Below are positions 50,325-64,000 of a stretch of 64,000 nucleotides of DNA, piece after piece (positions within the stretch are counted from its first letter, which is position 1; each line of letters opens with the position of its first letter). The stretch lies in the NCBI RefSeq assembly GCF_058153355.1, contig NZ_CM177019.1; one strand, given 5' to 3'. Below the pieces are notes generated by a model. It was not told the origin of the DNA and made no database searches. It worked only from the letters and a program-made list of their open reading frames with translations. The position numbers and the translations under genes were made by a program.

Positions 50325-50752
50325 GTGAAGCTTTATCGCTTTTATCGTTGTTTGCCAGTAGTTTCCTCAGCGCTACACTATTACCCGGTAATTCCTCCGA
50401 AGTCGTGCTGGTTGCAATGTTGCTTTCCGGGGTAAGTCATCCCTGGGTTTTAGTGTTAACAGCAACAATGGGTAATAGCCTTGGAGGGTTAACTAACGTT
50501 ATCCTTGGGCGTTTCTTTCCATTGCGTAAAACATCGCGCTGGCAAGAGAAAGCTACTGGTTGGCTGAAACGCTATGGTGCAGTCACGCTATTATTAAGCT
50601 GGATGCCCGTGGTTGGCGATTTACTGTGTCTGTTAGCGGGATGGATGCGCATCTCCTGGGGGCCAGTAATCTTTTTTTTGTGTCTTGGTAAAGCGTTACG
50701 TTATGTTGCAGTTGCAGCAGCGACCGTTCAGGGCATGATATGGTGGCACTAA
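50321..50752 (+). CDS. yqaA: DedA/SNARE-associated inner membrane protein
   Basis: 143-aa membrane ORF overlapping the yqaB stop. Confidence 0.88.
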   Translation: MSEALSLLSLFASSFLSATLLPGNSSEVVLVAMLLSGVSHPWVLVLTATMGNSLGGLTNVILGRFFPLRKTSRWQEKATGWLKRYGAVTLLLSWMPVVGDLLCLLAGWMRISWGPVIFFLCLGKALRYVAVAAATVQGMIWWH

Positions 50753-50797
50753 TTGTAGGCCTGCACACATGGTCACCATTACAGTTATGCTAATTAA

Positions 50798-52381
<1,584 letters not shown>

Positions 52382-52389
52382 CAGAAAAG

Positions 52390-52462
52390 AAAAAGGCCAC
52401 TCGTGAGTGGCCAAAATTTCATCTCTGAATTCAGGGATGATGATAACAAATGCGCGTCTTTC
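52390..52462 (-). ncRNA. micA: MicA (SraD) small regulatory RNA
   Basis: Minus strand reads GAAAGACGCGCATTTGTTATCATCATCCCTGAATTCAGAGATGAAATTTTGGCCACTCACGAGTGGCCTTTTT, the MicA sequence with its terminator, between gshA and luxS. Confidence 0.9.
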
Positions 52463-52530
52463 ATATACTCAGACTCGCCTGGGAAGAAAGAGTTCAGAAA
52501 ATTTTTAAAAAAATTACCGGAGGTGGCTAA

Positions 52531-53046
52531 ATGCCGTTGTTAGATAGCTTCACAGTCGATCATACCCGGATGGAAGCGCCTGCAGTTCGGGTGGCGAAAA
52601 CAATGAACACCCCGCATGGCGACGCAATCACCGTGTTCGATCTGCGCTTCTGCGTGCCGAACAAAGAAGTGATGCCAGAAAGAGGGATCCATACCCTGGA
52701 GCATCTGTTTGCTGGTTTTATGCGTAACCATCTGAACGGTAATGGCGTTGAGATTATCGATATCTCGCCAATGGGCTGCCGCACCGGTTTTTATATGAGT
52801 CTGATTGGTACGCCAGATGAGCAGCGTGTTGCTGATGCCTGGAAAGCGGCAATGGAAGACGTGCTGAAAGTGCAGGATCAGAATCAGATCCCGGAACTGA
52901 ACGTCTACCAGTGTGGTACTTATCAGATGCATTCGTTGCAGGAAGCGCAGGATATTGCGCGTAATATCCTGGAACGTGACGTACGCATCAACAGCAACGA
53001 AGAGTTGGCGCTGCCGAAAGAGAAGTTGCAGGAATTGCACATCTAG
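52531..53046 (+). CDS. luxS: S-ribosylhomocysteine lyase
   Basis: 171-aa ORF with HTLEHL metal-binding motif. Confidence 0.97.
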   Translation: MPLLDSFTVDHTRMEAPAVRVAKTMNTPHGDAITVFDLRFCVPNKEVMPERGIHTLEHLFAGFMRNHLNGNGVEIIDISPMGCRTGFYMSLIGTPDEQRVADAWKAAMEDVLKVQDQNQIPELNVYQCGTYQMHSLQEAQDIARNILERDVRINSNEELALPKEKLQELHI

Positions 53047-53073
53047 TCAGTAAACTATCTTCACAATTAATTG

Positions 53074-53105
53074 AAAAAAGCCAGTTCAAATGAACTGGCT
53101 TAGTT
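53074..53105. terminator. Bidirectional terminator between luxS and emrB
   Basis: aaaaaagccagttcaaatgaactggctt hairpin flanked by A and T runs. Confidence 0.65.
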
Positions 53106-53109
53106 GTAC

Positions 53110-54648
53110 TTAGTGCGCACCGCCTCCGCCGCCACCTGCGCCAAATGGCGGTTTAGCAAACCACACCAGCCCCAGCAGGACGAGGAATATCCCGGCTGAC
53201 ATCCAGAAGATCTCATTGGCGGAAATAATCAGCCCCTGATTAGTGATCTGCTGGGCAATCCAGCCTGATGCCTGTTGTTGCGTCATCCCCAGCCCTTCCA
53301 GTTGGCTGTACATCGCCTGAGCGTTCGGGTTAAACGGGTTTACCGACTCGGTTAACTGTGCGTGGTGCATCGACTCGCGGTTAGTCCACATGGTGGTGGT
53401 GATGGATGTGCCGATAGACCCCGCCAGCGTTCGCGTAAAGTTAGAGAGGCTCGATGCCGCCGCCAGTCGCTCCGGTGGCAAACCAGACAGCGTAATGGTG
53501 GTCAGCGGCATAAAGAAGCAGGCCACTGCGAAGCCCTGGATAAACTGCGGCCAGGCCGACGCACCAAAATCCATACCCGGTTCAAAGGTATAGGCACGCC
53601 AGTAGAAGCAGACGGCATACATAATAAAGCTGAAGGTTACCAGCCGCCGCATATCCAGTTTATGCGCGAAGCGGCCTATAATCGGCGACAGGATCACCGG
53701 AATAATCCCTACCGGCGCAGAGGCCAAACCTGCCCAGGTCGCCGTGTAACCGTAGACCTCCTGCAACAACTGCGGCAGCAGAACAATCGCGCCGAAGTAG
53801 AGCATATACGCGAGGCTGATACACAAGCAGCCGATAGTGAAGTTGCGCGACTTAAACAACGACAGATCGACTATCGGGTTATCGTCGGTCAGCTCCCAGA
53901 CAATCAGGAAGCAGATAGCCACCACCGCCACCACGGTGAGGATGATTATTTCCTGCGATGAGAACCAGTCCAGCTCTTTACCACGGTCGAGCATAATCTG
54001 CAGGCTGCCGATACCAATCACCAGCAGTGCCAGCCCCACGGCATCAATCCGCCGCCGTTCGGTGCGGGTTTCACGTCCGCGCAGGGTTTGCAGTGTCATC
54101 AACACCACCGCCACGCCAATCGGCACGTTGATGAAGAATATCCAGCCCCAGTGGTAATTATCGCTGATATAACCGCCGAGGATCGGGCCGCAAATTGGCG
54201 CGACAATCACCGTCATCGACCACAACGCCAGCGCGATAGAACGTTTGGCTGGCGGGTAGTTATTCAGTAACAGACTTTGCGAAAGCGGGATCAGCGGCCC
54301 AGCGACAATCCCCTGAATCACGCGGAAGAAGATCAGCATATTCAGGCTGCTGGAGACACCACACGCCCACGACGCAATAGCGAAGGCGATGGTTGACCAG
54401 AGGAACAGCTTCACTTCCCCAACGCGCTTTGCCAGCCAGCCGGTAAGCGGGATCGAGATGGCATTCGCCACCCCGAAAGAAGTGATTACCCACGTTCCCT
54501 GGCTGAGCGATGAGCCCAGATTCCCGGCGATAGTGGGGATCGCCACGTTAGCAATGGTGGAGTCCAGCACCTGCATGAATGTCGCTAGTGACAGCGCAAT
54601 CGTCATAATGACCAGTTGCGCGCCTTCCAGCGGTTTTTGCTGTTGCAT
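53110..54648 (-). CDS. emrB: Multidrug efflux MFS permease EmrB
   Basis: 512 aa from MQQQKPLEGAQLVIMTIALSLATF...; upstream extension rejected. Confidence 0.95.
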   Translation of the reverse strand: MQQQKPLEGAQLVIMTIALSLATFMQVLDSTIANVAIPTIAGNLGSSLSQGTWVITSFGVANAISIPLTGWLAKRVGEVKLFLWSTIAFAIASWACGVSSSLNMLIFFRVIQGIVAGPLIPLSQSLLLNNYPPAKRSIALALWSMTVIVAPICGPILGGYISDNYHWGWIFFINVPIGVAVVLMTLQTLRGRETRTERRRIDAVGLALLVIGIGSLQIMLDRGKELDWFSSQEIIILTVVAVVAICFLIVWELTDDNPIVDLSLFKSRNFTIGCLCISLAYMLYFGAIVLLPQLLQEVYGYTATWAGLASAPVGIIPVILSPIIGRFAHKLDMRRLVTFSFIMYAVCFYWRAYTFEPGMDFGASAWPQFIQGFAVACFFMPLTTITLSGLPPERLAAASSLSNFTRTLAGSIGTSITTTMWTNRESMHHAQLTESVNPFNPNAQAMYSQLEGLGMTQQQASGWIAQQITNQGLIISANEIFWMSAGIFLVLLGLVWFAKPPFGAGGGGGGAH

Positions 54649-54664
54649 CACACGCACCTCTGGA

Positions 54665-55837
54665 TTAGCCAGCGTTAGCTTTTACGATATCGTCGATCAG
54701 TTTATTGACAGGTGCCAGGCTGATTTCACGCGCGGTGCTTACCGCGACCGGTGTGGAACGTACTTTATTTGCCAGTACCTGACCGTCACGGTTAGTGGTA
54801 TTGACGCTCACCAGCGTGGATAAACCGATACGCAGCGGGTACTGCTCCAGCTGTTTCTGGTCCAGTTCAATACGAACAGGCAGACGCTGAACGACTTTGA
54901 TCCAGTTACCGGTGGCGTTTTGCGCCGGAAGCAGCGAGAACGCGCTACCTGTGCCCATATCCAGACCAACCACGTTACCGGTGTATTTCACATCATCGCC
55001 GTAAATATCGGTGGTGATGGTGACCGGCTGACCGATACGCATATTGGCAATCTGCGTCTCTTTAAAGTTGGCATCCACCCACATATTGGTGGCTGGAACG
55101 ACCGCCATCAGCGGCGTCGTTGGGCTAATTTGCGCCCCAGGCTGTACTGCTCGGCGGGAGACATAACCGGTCATCGGACTGACAATACGGGTACGCTCCA
55201 GCGCCAGCCAGGCGTTACGTACTTCGGTGGCAGCCTGTTGCACGGCAGGCTGATCTTCCAGTTTAGTCCCCAGAATCATCGCCTGATTGGCATTGTATTG
55301 TTGAATGGCGACATCCAGTTGCGCCTGGGCACTGGTCACCGCGTCGCGGGCGTGTTGCAGCTCTTCGCGACCAATCAGGTTGGCATTGCCCAGCGGCACA
55401 CGGCGGTTGTAGTCGCTTTGTGCTTTCGCAAGGGCGATTTTCTGCACCTCAATATTCGCCTGCAACTGTTTACTGTTAATCATCAGCTGGTGGGTTTGGC
55501 GCACGCTGGAAGCGAGTGCCGTTTTGGCTTTTTCAAACGCCTGGCGAGCATCTGTCGGGTCGAGAGTGACCAGCACATCGCCTTCTTTTACAAAATCGGT
55601 GTTATCGGCCCAGACTTTCGTCACGCTGCCAGACACCTGAGACATAATTTGAATCTGATTCCCTGCCACATATGCGTCATCGGTTTCTTCGAAATGACGC
55701 AGTACCAAAAACCAATAAATCCCTATCGCTACGGCAATAATTATAAAGAGCAAGGTGAGAAGGAGGAGCAGACGCTTACGTTTGCCGCTCTTCTTTACCG
55801 GTTGCTGCGGGGTTTGAGTCTCCGCATTTGCGCTCAT
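54665..55837 (-). CDS. emrA: Multidrug efflux membrane fusion protein EmrA
   Basis: 390 aa from MSANAETQTPQQPVKKSGKRKR... Confidence 0.95.
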   Translation of the reverse strand: MSANAETQTPQQPVKKSGKRKRLLLLLTLLFIIIAVAIGIYWFLVLRHFEETDDAYVAGNQIQIMSQVSGSVTKVWADNTDFVKEGDVLVTLDPTDARQAFEKAKTALASSVRQTHQLMINSKQLQANIEVQKIALAKAQSDYNRRVPLGNANLIGREELQHARDAVTSAQAQLDVAIQQYNANQAMILGTKLEDQPAVQQAATEVRNAWLALERTRIVSPMTGYVSRRAVQPGAQISPTTPLMAVVPATNMWVDANFKETQIANMRIGQPVTITTDIYGDDVKYTGNVVGLDMGTGSAFSLLPAQNATGNWIKVVQRLPVRIELDQKQLEQYPLRIGLSTLVSVNTTNRDGQVLANKVRSTPVAVSTAREISLAPVNKLIDDIVKANAG

Positions 55838-55963
55838 ATTGTTCTCCACGATCTTCTTAACTCATCGGCTGAGCCGACCTGCTTGCCAAAAAGGCCAGCA
55901 TGTTGCGATGCTGGCCAGTCATTTTTTCTTTTATAAATCTGGATTTTTGAGCGAGATGACGCG

Positions 55964-56494
55964 TTAGCTCATCGCTTCGAGAACCACACCGTCTTGTTCC
56001 ATCTGGTCGAGACGGGAGAGCAATTTGCGGGTGATTTGCTCGAGCTGATCTTTTTCTGTTGTGCTGAGCGCGGACCAGAGTTGATGCAGGCAGTTATGCT
56101 GCGGTGGTAAAACCTCGCGCAAAAACTCGTGACCTTTTTCCGTTAATTGCAGATGCAGGCAGCGGCGATCGTTATCGCTTTCACGACGTTCGATCCAACC
56201 GCGTTTTTCCAGTTCATCGGCAATACGCGTCGCGTTGGTACGGGATGATCCAAGAGCACAACTCAATTCAGAAGGCTGAATACTGTGGTTTTCCTGAGAC
56301 TCCAGCGTAATCAACGCCATAAACAACGTCTCGTTAATCCCCTGAGCCTTCAGCATTTTATTGCGGTTCTCCAGCAGCTTGCTTTGCATGTGCATGCAAA
56401 GACGAGTCAGAAGGATCTCCTGATAAGGAAAATCTTCGTGGCGGCTGGCGCGAAATTTTAGCATTTGTTCAATGGGCGTAAACGAACTATCCAT
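55964..56494 (-). CDS. emrR: MarR-family repressor of emrRAB
   Basis: 176-aa ORF. Confidence 0.93.
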
Positions 56495-56584
56495 TTGGGT
56501 ATGACCTCATTAATTTCAGCCGATATAGTAACGACAGTGACAAATAAAGTAAATGTATTGTTTTAGAAAAATGATTCTTGTGGG

Positions 56585-56920
56585 TTATATAATCGCCATC
56601 ACTTTCCAGGCGAGCCCATAGGCCAGCGCACTAAGCAGTGTTGGGATGATAATGCTGCGTGTTTTATAGAAACTGGCACCCAGTACCGCGAAGCCGACCA
56701 GAGTGGGCACGAAACGGCGTGTATCGTGCATCACTTCTGGTGCGGTAGAGACAACCAGCAGAGCGCATATCGAGGCGATGCCAATGGTGTCGAGCAAAAT
56801 ACCTACCGCGCCACGTTTGGTTGGGCGGGCATTACCCACACGCAGGCGCAGCGGCAAATAGCGGAAGCAATAATTCGCCGCGCCAACCAGTAACCCAAGC
56901 AGCAGAACCTCATAGCTCAT
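56585..56920 (-). CDS. ygaH: L-valine exporter subunit
   Basis: 111-aa membrane ORF. Confidence 0.9.
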   Translation of the reverse strand: MSYEVLLLGLLVGAANYCFRYLPLRLRVGNARPTKRGAVGILLDTIGIASICALLVVSTAPEVMHDTRRFVPTLVGFAVLGASFYKTRSIIIPTLLSALAYGLAWKVMAII

Positions 56921-57647
56921 CGGGCGCTCCTTGCCAGAATGCCTGGATTAACGCAGTGAGGCAGCCACAGACAATGCCTGCCAGAATGGCGACGGGAATA
57001 GAAAATAGCGTTACGCCTGCAAGGGCACCAACTAACGCTGCGGTAACGCAAAGAGATTGTTTGCGCTGGAAAGAGGCGAGCAGGAAACTCATAAAGAGTG
57101 CCGGAAGCATAAAACCTAATGCTGCTTCAACGGCGGGATATCCTTGCAGCAAGCCGCAGCCGGAGAATGCCCCTATTACCGTACCAAATACCCACGATGA
57201 CCATGAACTGAAGGCAATGCCGATCATCCAGTTCTCGCTCCAGCGGCGATTATTGCGTACCAGTTTTGCGGTTGCGGCGGCAAAAACCTCATCCGTCAGG
57301 CCAAACGCCCACAGGGCAGTTTTCGATTTTTGCAGACGCTGAATAATACGGCTACGCAGTGACGGGCCATACAAAACATGGCGAACATCCATTGCCATGA
57401 CGGTCAGTGCAGCAACCCACAAACTACTCCCGGCTGCCAGCATCGCGGTAATGACGAACTGGCTCGCGCCTGCATAAATGATGCAGGAGAAAAAAACGCT
57501 TTCGAGAGGAGAGAATCCCAGACGGGTCGCATTCAGACCGAACGCAAAGGCCACCGGAATATAACTAATAACAATCGGTAAACTGTCTTTGCATCCTTCC
57601 ATGAAGGTCGCCGAACCAGGAGCAGGCTGTGGAGTAGGGCTTTCCAT
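56910..57647 (-). CDS. ygaZ: L-valine exporter subunit
   Basis: 245-aa membrane ORF overlapping ygaH. Confidence 0.9.
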   Translation of the reverse strand: MESPTPQPAPGSATFMEGCKDSLPIVISYIPVAFAFGLNATRLGFSPLESVFFSCIIYAGASQFVITAMLAAGSSLWVAALTVMAMDVRHVLYGPSLRSRIIQRLQKSKTALWAFGLTDEVFAAATAKLVRNNRRWSENWMIGIAFSSWSSWVFGTVIGAFSGCGLLQGYPAVEAALGFMLPALFMSFLLASFQRKQSLCVTAALVGALAGVTLFSIPVAILAGIVCGCLTALIQAFWQGAPDEL

Positions 57648-57770
57648 AGAGTGTACGCTTAACGATTGTTAATATTATAAATAGACTGAATGAATATCTT
57701 AACCTTATCAGACTGATGGGCTTCTTAACACCCTTATAAGTGTAAAGCCACGAAAACGGTTGCTGATTGC

Positions 57771-58955
57771 TTAAATTGCGGCTTCCTGACGATGAAAACC
57801 TCGCCACCAGACCAGTAAGTTAACCAGGGCAATCGTCGCGCCAGCCAGACAAACGCCAGCCCAACCGCCATGTTGCCAGGCTGAGGCTGAAATTAGCGAA
57901 CCGGCGGCACCGCCAATGAAGTAGCTGGTCATGTAACCTGCGGTCAGGCGATTACGCGCATCAGGGTGTATTCGATAAATTACCGTCTGGTTAGTGATAT
58001 GCACGCCCTGCACGGTGAGATCCAGCACCAGGATGCCGATAATCAAGGCCAGTACGGAAGTGTGACCAAACCAGATCGCCAGCCATGAAAGTAACAGCAG
58101 CAGCAGGCCGAAAGTTGTGGTGAGGTGTGATTTGCCCTTATCGGCAAAACCGCCCGCCGGACGAGCGCCTAACGCTCCGGCAGCTCCCGCGAGTCCAAAC
58201 AGACCAATTACGCCATCGCTGTAATTAAAAGGCGGAGCGGCGAGCAAAAAGGCCATTGAGGTCCAGAGAATGCTGAAGTTGGCAAAGGTCAGGCAGCCCA
58301 GCAACGCGCGGGTGCGCAGAATTTTATCGCTGATAAACATGCTGAAAACGGAACCAAGCAACTGTGGGTAGTTGAGGTGGGTTTCTGATTTCATTTGTGG
58401 CAGACCACGCCATAATGCCAGCGCCATCAGTGCCATTAACACCGAGGCAACCCAAAAGACGGTGCGCCAGCCGCCGAGGTTTGCCAGCAAACCGGCAACG
58501 GTTCGTGCCAGCAAGATCCCCAACAGCAGCCCGCTCATAATGGTGCCGACCACTTTGCCGCGTTTGTCCGGTGAAGCCAGCGTCGCTGCCAGCGGAACCA
58601 GAATTTGTGCCACGACCGAGAATAGACCGGTTAATGCCGTACCGAGGATCATCATCGCCAGCGACTGACTGCTGGCGGTAATCAACATACCGCCCGCTGC
58701 CAGTAAGGTCATCGAGACAATCAGGCGGCGGCGTTCAAACATATCACCGAGGGGAACAAGAAACAGCAGACCTGCGGCATAGCCCAACTGCGCGGCGGTA
58801 ACAATAAAGCCCGCCGAACTGGCGGAAAGGGAAAAGTTACGCGCGATGGTGTCGAGTAATGGCTGGGCGTAATAGTTACTGGCTACCGCCAGACCGGTGG
58901 CGATAGACATCAGCACGATCAGTGCCGGGCTAAGCTCATGATTAGGTTTAGTCAT
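57771..58955 (-). CDS. ygaY: MFS transporter YgaY (intact here)
   Basis: 394-aa uninterrupted 12-TM-type ORF. Confidence 0.85.
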   Translation of the reverse strand: MTKPNHELSPALIVLMSIATGLAVASNYYAQPLLDTIARNFSLSASSAGFIVTAAQLGYAAGLLFLVPLGDMFERRRLIVSMTLLAAGGMLITASSQSLAMMILGTALTGLFSVVAQILVPLAATLASPDKRGKVVGTIMSGLLLGILLARTVAGLLANLGGWRTVFWVASVLMALMALALWRGLPQMKSETHLNYPQLLGSVFSMFISDKILRTRALLGCLTFANFSILWTSMAFLLAAPPFNYSDGVIGLFGLAGAAGALGARPAGGFADKGKSHLTTTFGLLLLLLSWLAIWFGHTSVLALIIGILVLDLTVQGVHITNQTVIYRIHPDARNRLTAGYMTSYFIGGAAGSLISASAWQHGGWAGVCLAGATIALVNLLVWWRGFHRQEAAI

Positions 58956-59067
58956 TATTTTTATTCATCAGGTGATGATTAAGCTGGAAATCAATAATAG
59001 CGGATGTTGATGAATATGGGATGAAAGATAGATTGTTGAAATGTGCGGTGTGGTTTGTAGACATGAT

Positions 59068-59128
59068 AAGACGCGGCCGCGTCGCATCAGGCATTGTGTA
59101 CAGAGCGGCGGATAAGGCGAAAACGCCT
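59068..59128. repeat. REP elements between ygaY and proX
   Basis: gacgcggccgcgtcgcatcaggc and gcggcggataaggcgaaaacgccttatccgccc palindromes. Confidence 0.75.
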
Positions 59129-59146
59129 TATCCGCCCGAATAAAAA

Positions 59147-60139
59147 TTACTTCTGCGCTGCCAGCGCCTCATTCACCCAGCCATCGAACTGCTGCTGGTG
59201 GGCTTTGATCCAACCATCAACGTGGCCCTGAATATCGCCTTCTGAGGCTTTGCCGTCATGCATAATGGCGTTCTGGGCGTTAATATCTGCCACTGGCAAC
59301 TGCATAATGGCAAACAGTTTCGCTGCCGCCGGGTTTTTCTCGGCCCAGGCTTTGTTGGCAACGATATGCATGGTGCTGACCGGGAAGCCATAATTCGCAC
59401 CATTCGGCAGTTTAGTGTCGGCGTTTTTATCGCCCGGCAGTGCGGAGAACGGCACCTGCAACCAGACGACATCTTTGCCCGGCTTCAGTTCGTTACTCAC
59501 CCAGTACGGCGTCCAGGTGTAGTAAAACACCGGCTTACCCTCTTTGTAACGACTGATGGTGTCAGCCATCATCGCTGCGTAGTTCCCCTGATTATGCGTC
59601 ACGGTATTGGTCAGTTCATACGCGGCAAGCTGGTGGTTGATCGCACCTTCGCAGCCCCAGCCTGGGTTACAGCCAGTCAAATCTGCTTTACCGTCGCCGT
59701 TGGTATCGAACAGTTTGGCGATCTTCGGATCTTTCAGTTGCGCGATGTTGGTGATTTTGTACTGGTCGGCGGTTTTCTTATCGATCAGGTAACCCTGTGC
59801 CGCGCCGTTAACGAATACCCCTTCACGATAAAATTTCTTATCGCCACCGGCAGCTTCGTACATGTTGTCATGCAGCGGCGTCCAGTTCACGGCGGTGAAG
59901 GTTGCATCGCCGGAAGCAAGTGAGGTGTAGCCAACGTTGTAATCCACTTCGCTGGGTTTATTGACGGTATAACCTAATTTCTCCAGTGCACGACTGACCA
60001 GCAGCGTCTGGAAGGTTTCTTCAGTGATGGTGCTCTGAACTGGATTAACAGTAATACCTTTGCCCGGCAGATCGGCAGCAAAAGTTTGTGTAGAGATAAG
60101 CGTGGCAAACGCTGTCGCAAAAAGTACGCTATGTCGCAT
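59147..60139 (-). CDS. proX: Glycine betaine/proline ABC transporter periplasmic binding protein
   Basis: 330 aa from [21 protein letters not shown] (signal peptide); upstream extension rejected. Confidence 0.95.
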
Positions 60140-60196
60140 TGTTATTCCTTTTTTTGGCAGGGTGAAAATGCCCGGCGTCACCGGGCAAGTGCAGAG

Positions 60197-61261
60197 TTAC
60201 TTAATGAATGGGCGGGTCAGCAGACCGACAGGGCCAGTGGTGTACCAGCGACGGTTGCCGCGACTGCGTGAGTCGCGCCCAACGGCCTGCGTCAGGCGGT
60301 CGAGGATAATGGCGAGGATCACAATCCCGACGCCGCCAACGGTGGCAAGGCCCATATCCAGACGACCGATACCGCGAAGTACCATCTGACCCAGCCCACC
60401 GACGGCAATCATCGAGGCAATGACCACCATAGAAAGGGCCAGCATCAGCGTCTGGTTAACACCCGCCATAATGGTCGGCATCGCCAGCGGTAACTGAACT
60501 TTGAACAGCATCTGCCGCGGGCTGGCACCGAATGAGCGCGAGGCTTCAATCAGATCCGCCGGAACCTGGTTAATCCCCAGAATCGTCAGACGGATAATCG
60601 GCGGCAGAGCAAAGATGATCGTCACCACTACGCCCGGCACGTTACCGATACCAAACAGCATGACGATTGGCACCAGATAAACAAACGCTGGCGTGGTCTG
60701 CATGGCATCAAGCAGTGGACGAATAATTTTCGCCGCTCGTGGACTTCTCGCCAGCCAGATCCCCAACGGCAAACCGATGACGATACAGAACAGCAGGGCG
60801 GTTAATACCAGCGCCAGAGTAACCATTGCCTGCGACCATGCACCGATTGCGCCGATGGCAATCAGCGAAACCAGCGTCGCCACGCCCATTCCGACACCGG
60901 AAATTTGCCAGGCGATGAGAGCGAAAACGATAATCGCCACCGGCGCGGGCATACCCAGCAGCAATTGCTGGAAACCGTTAAGGATGTAATCGACCGGAAC
61001 GCGAACGCCCTGGAAGACGGGACGGAAATGGGTAACGACCCAGTCGATCCCTTCAGTGACCCAACTGTCGAGCGGGATCAGCGTTTTATGGAACGGATCG
61101 AGAATATTAAAATGCTCGACGTTTGGTGCAGGCGTACTGGTCAGCCAGTCAGCGCCACCGCCGTCAGTCGGTGCAGTCGCCGGTGTACCCCAGGCGTCTG
61201 CGGATTGTGCAGCACTGTCCGCCGCTGGCGTGGTATCCCACGGATTATTTTGATCAGCCAT
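60197..61261 (-). CDS. proW: Glycine betaine/proline ABC transporter permease
   Basis: 354-aa ORF. Confidence 0.95.
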   Translation of the reverse strand: MADQNNPWDTTPAADSAAQSADAWGTPATAPTDGGGADWLTSTPAPNVEHFNILDPFHKTLIPLDSWVTEGIDWVVTHFRPVFQGVRVPVDYILNGFQQLLLGMPAPVAIIVFALIAWQISGVGMGVATLVSLIAIGAIGAWSQAMVTLALVLTALLFCIVIGLPLGIWLARSPRAAKIIRPLLDAMQTTPAFVYLVPIVMLFGIGNVPGVVVTIIFALPPIIRLTILGINQVPADLIEASRSFGASPRQMLFKVQLPLAMPTIMAGVNQTLMLALSMVVIASMIAVGGLGQMVLRGIGRLDMGLATVGGVGIVILAIILDRLTQAVGRDSRSRGNRRWYTTGPVGLLTRPFIK

Positions 61262-62456
61262 TATTTACCCCCTCACGATCTAAAGCGCGCAGCAGCATTC
61301 CTTTCGAAATAATGCCGACATACTGTTGGTCCTCGTCGACCACGGGCACCGCACAGGGCGCTTGTCCGACATGAGAGAGCAACTCGCTAAGAGGCGTTTG
61401 CGCATCGACCGCTAATGGCGCGTCAATCAGCGCCGCATCAAGACCTTGCTGCTGCGTTAATGCGGTTTTAAGCGAATCGATAGACACTGCACCGACAAAT
61501 CTATTACCGCGTTCGATAACGTAGCCATATTCGCGGTCTTCATCCTGCAATAATTTCAATGCCGAACGCGGGCCGAAGCCGGGGGTTTTACGAATTAAGC
61601 CGTTCGGTGTACGACGGGCAATATCTTTTGCACTGAACACCTGGCTAATATCGACGCCACGGAAGAAGGTTCGGACATAATCATTCGCCGGATTATTGAG
61701 AATTTCATCCGGTGTGCCGACCTGCACCACTTCGCCATTTTGCATAATGGCAATTCGGTCGCCAATACGCATAGCTTCATCGAGATCGTGGGAAATAAAG
61801 ACAATGGTGCGCTGATGTTTCGCCTGTAATTTTACCAGCTCATCCTGCATCTCGGTGCGAATTAATGGATCAAGCGCCGAGAAGGCTTCGTCCATTAATA
61901 ATATATCCGGATTAATCGCTAACGCGCGGGCTAATCCCACACGTTGACGCATCCCGCCAGAGAGTTCATCCGGGTAGCTATGGGCATAATTTTCCAGCCC
62001 GACCTGACGCAGTGCATCAATGGCTTTTTCCCGGCGTTCTTCGGCATTAATTCCGGCCAATTCCATACCGAATGCAGTATTGTCCAGCACGGTCATATGC
62101 GGCATTAAGGCAAAGGACTGGAAGACCATCGCAATCTTTTTTCTGCGCACCTCACGGAGTTCGGCGTCGGATATTTTGGCAATATCCACACCATCAATCA
62201 GCACTTGCCCGCGGGTGGGTTCAATCAGGCGATTGAGAAGGCGTACCATTGTGGATTTACCCGAACCGGATAATCCCATGATGACAAATATCTCGCCTTC
62301 TTCAATGGCCAGACTGGCGTCTTTTACGCCAAGCGATAGCCCGGTTTTTTCCAGAATTTGTTCTTTTGAAAGTCCTTGTTCGATATATTTGAACGCTCGC
62401 TGAGGATGCTCGCCAAATATTTTATAAAGATTTTTAATTTCTAATTTAATTGCCAT
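61254..62456 (-). CDS. proV: Glycine betaine/proline ABC transporter ATPase
   Basis: 400-aa ORF, Walker [11 protein letters not shown]-terminal CBS domains. Confidence 0.96.
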   Translation of the reverse strand: MAIKLEIKNLYKIFGEHPQRAFKYIEQGLSKEQILEKTGLSLGVKDASLAIEEGEIFVIMGLSGSGKSTMVRLLNRLIEPTRGQVLIDGVDIAKISDAELREVRRKKIAMVFQSFALMPHMTVLDNTAFGMELAGINAEERREKAIDALRQVGLENYAHSYPDELSGGMRQRVGLARALAINPDILLMDEAFSALDPLIRTEMQDELVKLQAKHQRTIVFISHDLDEAMRIGDRIAIMQNGEVVQVGTPDEILNNPANDYVRTFFRGVDISQVFSAKDIARRTPNGLIRKTPGFGPRSALKLLQDEDREYGYVIERGNRFVGAVSIDSLKTALTQQQGLDAALIDAPLAVDAQTPLSELLSHVGQAPCAVPVVDEDQQYVGIISKGMLLRALDREGVNNG

Positions 62457-62524
62457 GCAATAGAAAGATTCCTGTTATTTGTTTATGTCGATACATTACC
62501 CAATGGAAATAGTCACTTTTTTCT

Positions 62525-62552
62525 ACCCTAACATACTGAGAATCTGAGGCAA
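62525..62552 (-). promoter_or_regulatory. proU osmoregulated promoter
   Basis: Minus strand reads TTGCCT-16 bp-TAGGGT, the characteristic proU -35/-10 pair. Confidence 0.7.
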
Positions 62553-62811
62553 CCCCTGATGGCAAATGTGGCATGAATATTGATGCGAGCAAATCGCCGG
62601 AATTTCCCATGATATAAGGGCTGAGAGCAAATCGAGAAAGTTGATATTTTTTTGTCATGGATAGCGAAAAAACGCCTGAATATTGTGGTTTCAGGCGAAT
62701 AATGCAACAGAGTATCAGTGTAGATCACCACAAAATATTTGCGTGATAAAAAGCTATTTGGCGGGAATTATTTCCCCTGCTGAAGTTGGTGAAATTTTGA
62801 AAAATAACCGG

Positions 62812-63780
<969 letters not shown>

Positions 63781-64000
63781 TTAAAGCGCGCAGGAAACGC
63801 AGCCTTCAATTTCAGTACCTTCCAGCGCCATCTGACGCAGGCGGATGTAGTAGAGCGTTTTGATACCTTTACGCCAGGCATAAATCTGCGCTTTGTTGAT
63901 ATCGCGAGTGGTGGCGGTATCGGGGAAAAACAGTGTCAGCGACAGCCCCTGATCGACATGGCGAGTCGCTTCGGCGTAGGTGTCGATGATCTTTTCTGCG
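63781..64000 (-). CDS. nrdE: Ribonucleotide reductase class Ib alpha subunit, 3' end only (gene continues past window end)
   Basis: Minus-strand reading frame ending ...GCVSCAL then stop at 63781-63783, immediately upstream of nrdF. Confidence 0.85.
   Translation of the reverse strand, partial: AEKIIDTYAEATRHVDQGLSLTLFFPDTATTRDINKAQIYAWRKGIKTLYYIRLRQMALEGTEIEGCVSCAL

Noticed and set aside
54920-55936. 338-aa plus-strand ORF overlapping emrA
   Set aside because: Antisense shadow of emrA.

Overview
This window is a 64 kb stretch of Escherichia coli chromosome, running from the 3' end of rpoS to the 3' end of nrdE, in reverse orientation to the K-12 map. Gene identities were assigned by reading the supplied ORF translations against remembered E. 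coli proteins; no database search was run. Most of the window is conserved core genome: mutS, ygbA, fhlA, hypABCDE, the hyc formate-hydrogenlyase operon, ascBFG, hydN-hypF, norRVW, the srl/gut sorbitol operon, mltB, pncC, recA-recX-alaS-csrA, a serV/tRNA-Arg array, yqaBA, gshA, micA, luxS, emrRAB, ygaHZY, proVWX and nrdF. Three segments depart from the K-12 layout. (1) Between hycI and ascB there is a ~3 kb accessory islet with two hypothetical ORFs, a higB/higA-like toxin-antitoxin pair, and a complete IS621-like IS110-family element inserted in a REP sequence. The element's 5' non-coding region contains segments matching both its own ends and the flanking target, which is the signature of a bridge (guide) RNA; this is the most interesting system in the window. 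(2) The rpoS-mutS variable region carries a MarR-type regulator, a UbiX/UbiD/small-subunit hydroxyarylic acid decarboxylase cluster and a Sel1-repeat protein instead of the K-12 ygbI-N genes. (3) hycB is broken into two out-of-frame pieces. Smaller anomalies are a tRNA-Arg array with three intact copies plus a degenerate remnant, an unannotated small membrane ORF between mltB and pncC, and an intact ygaY.
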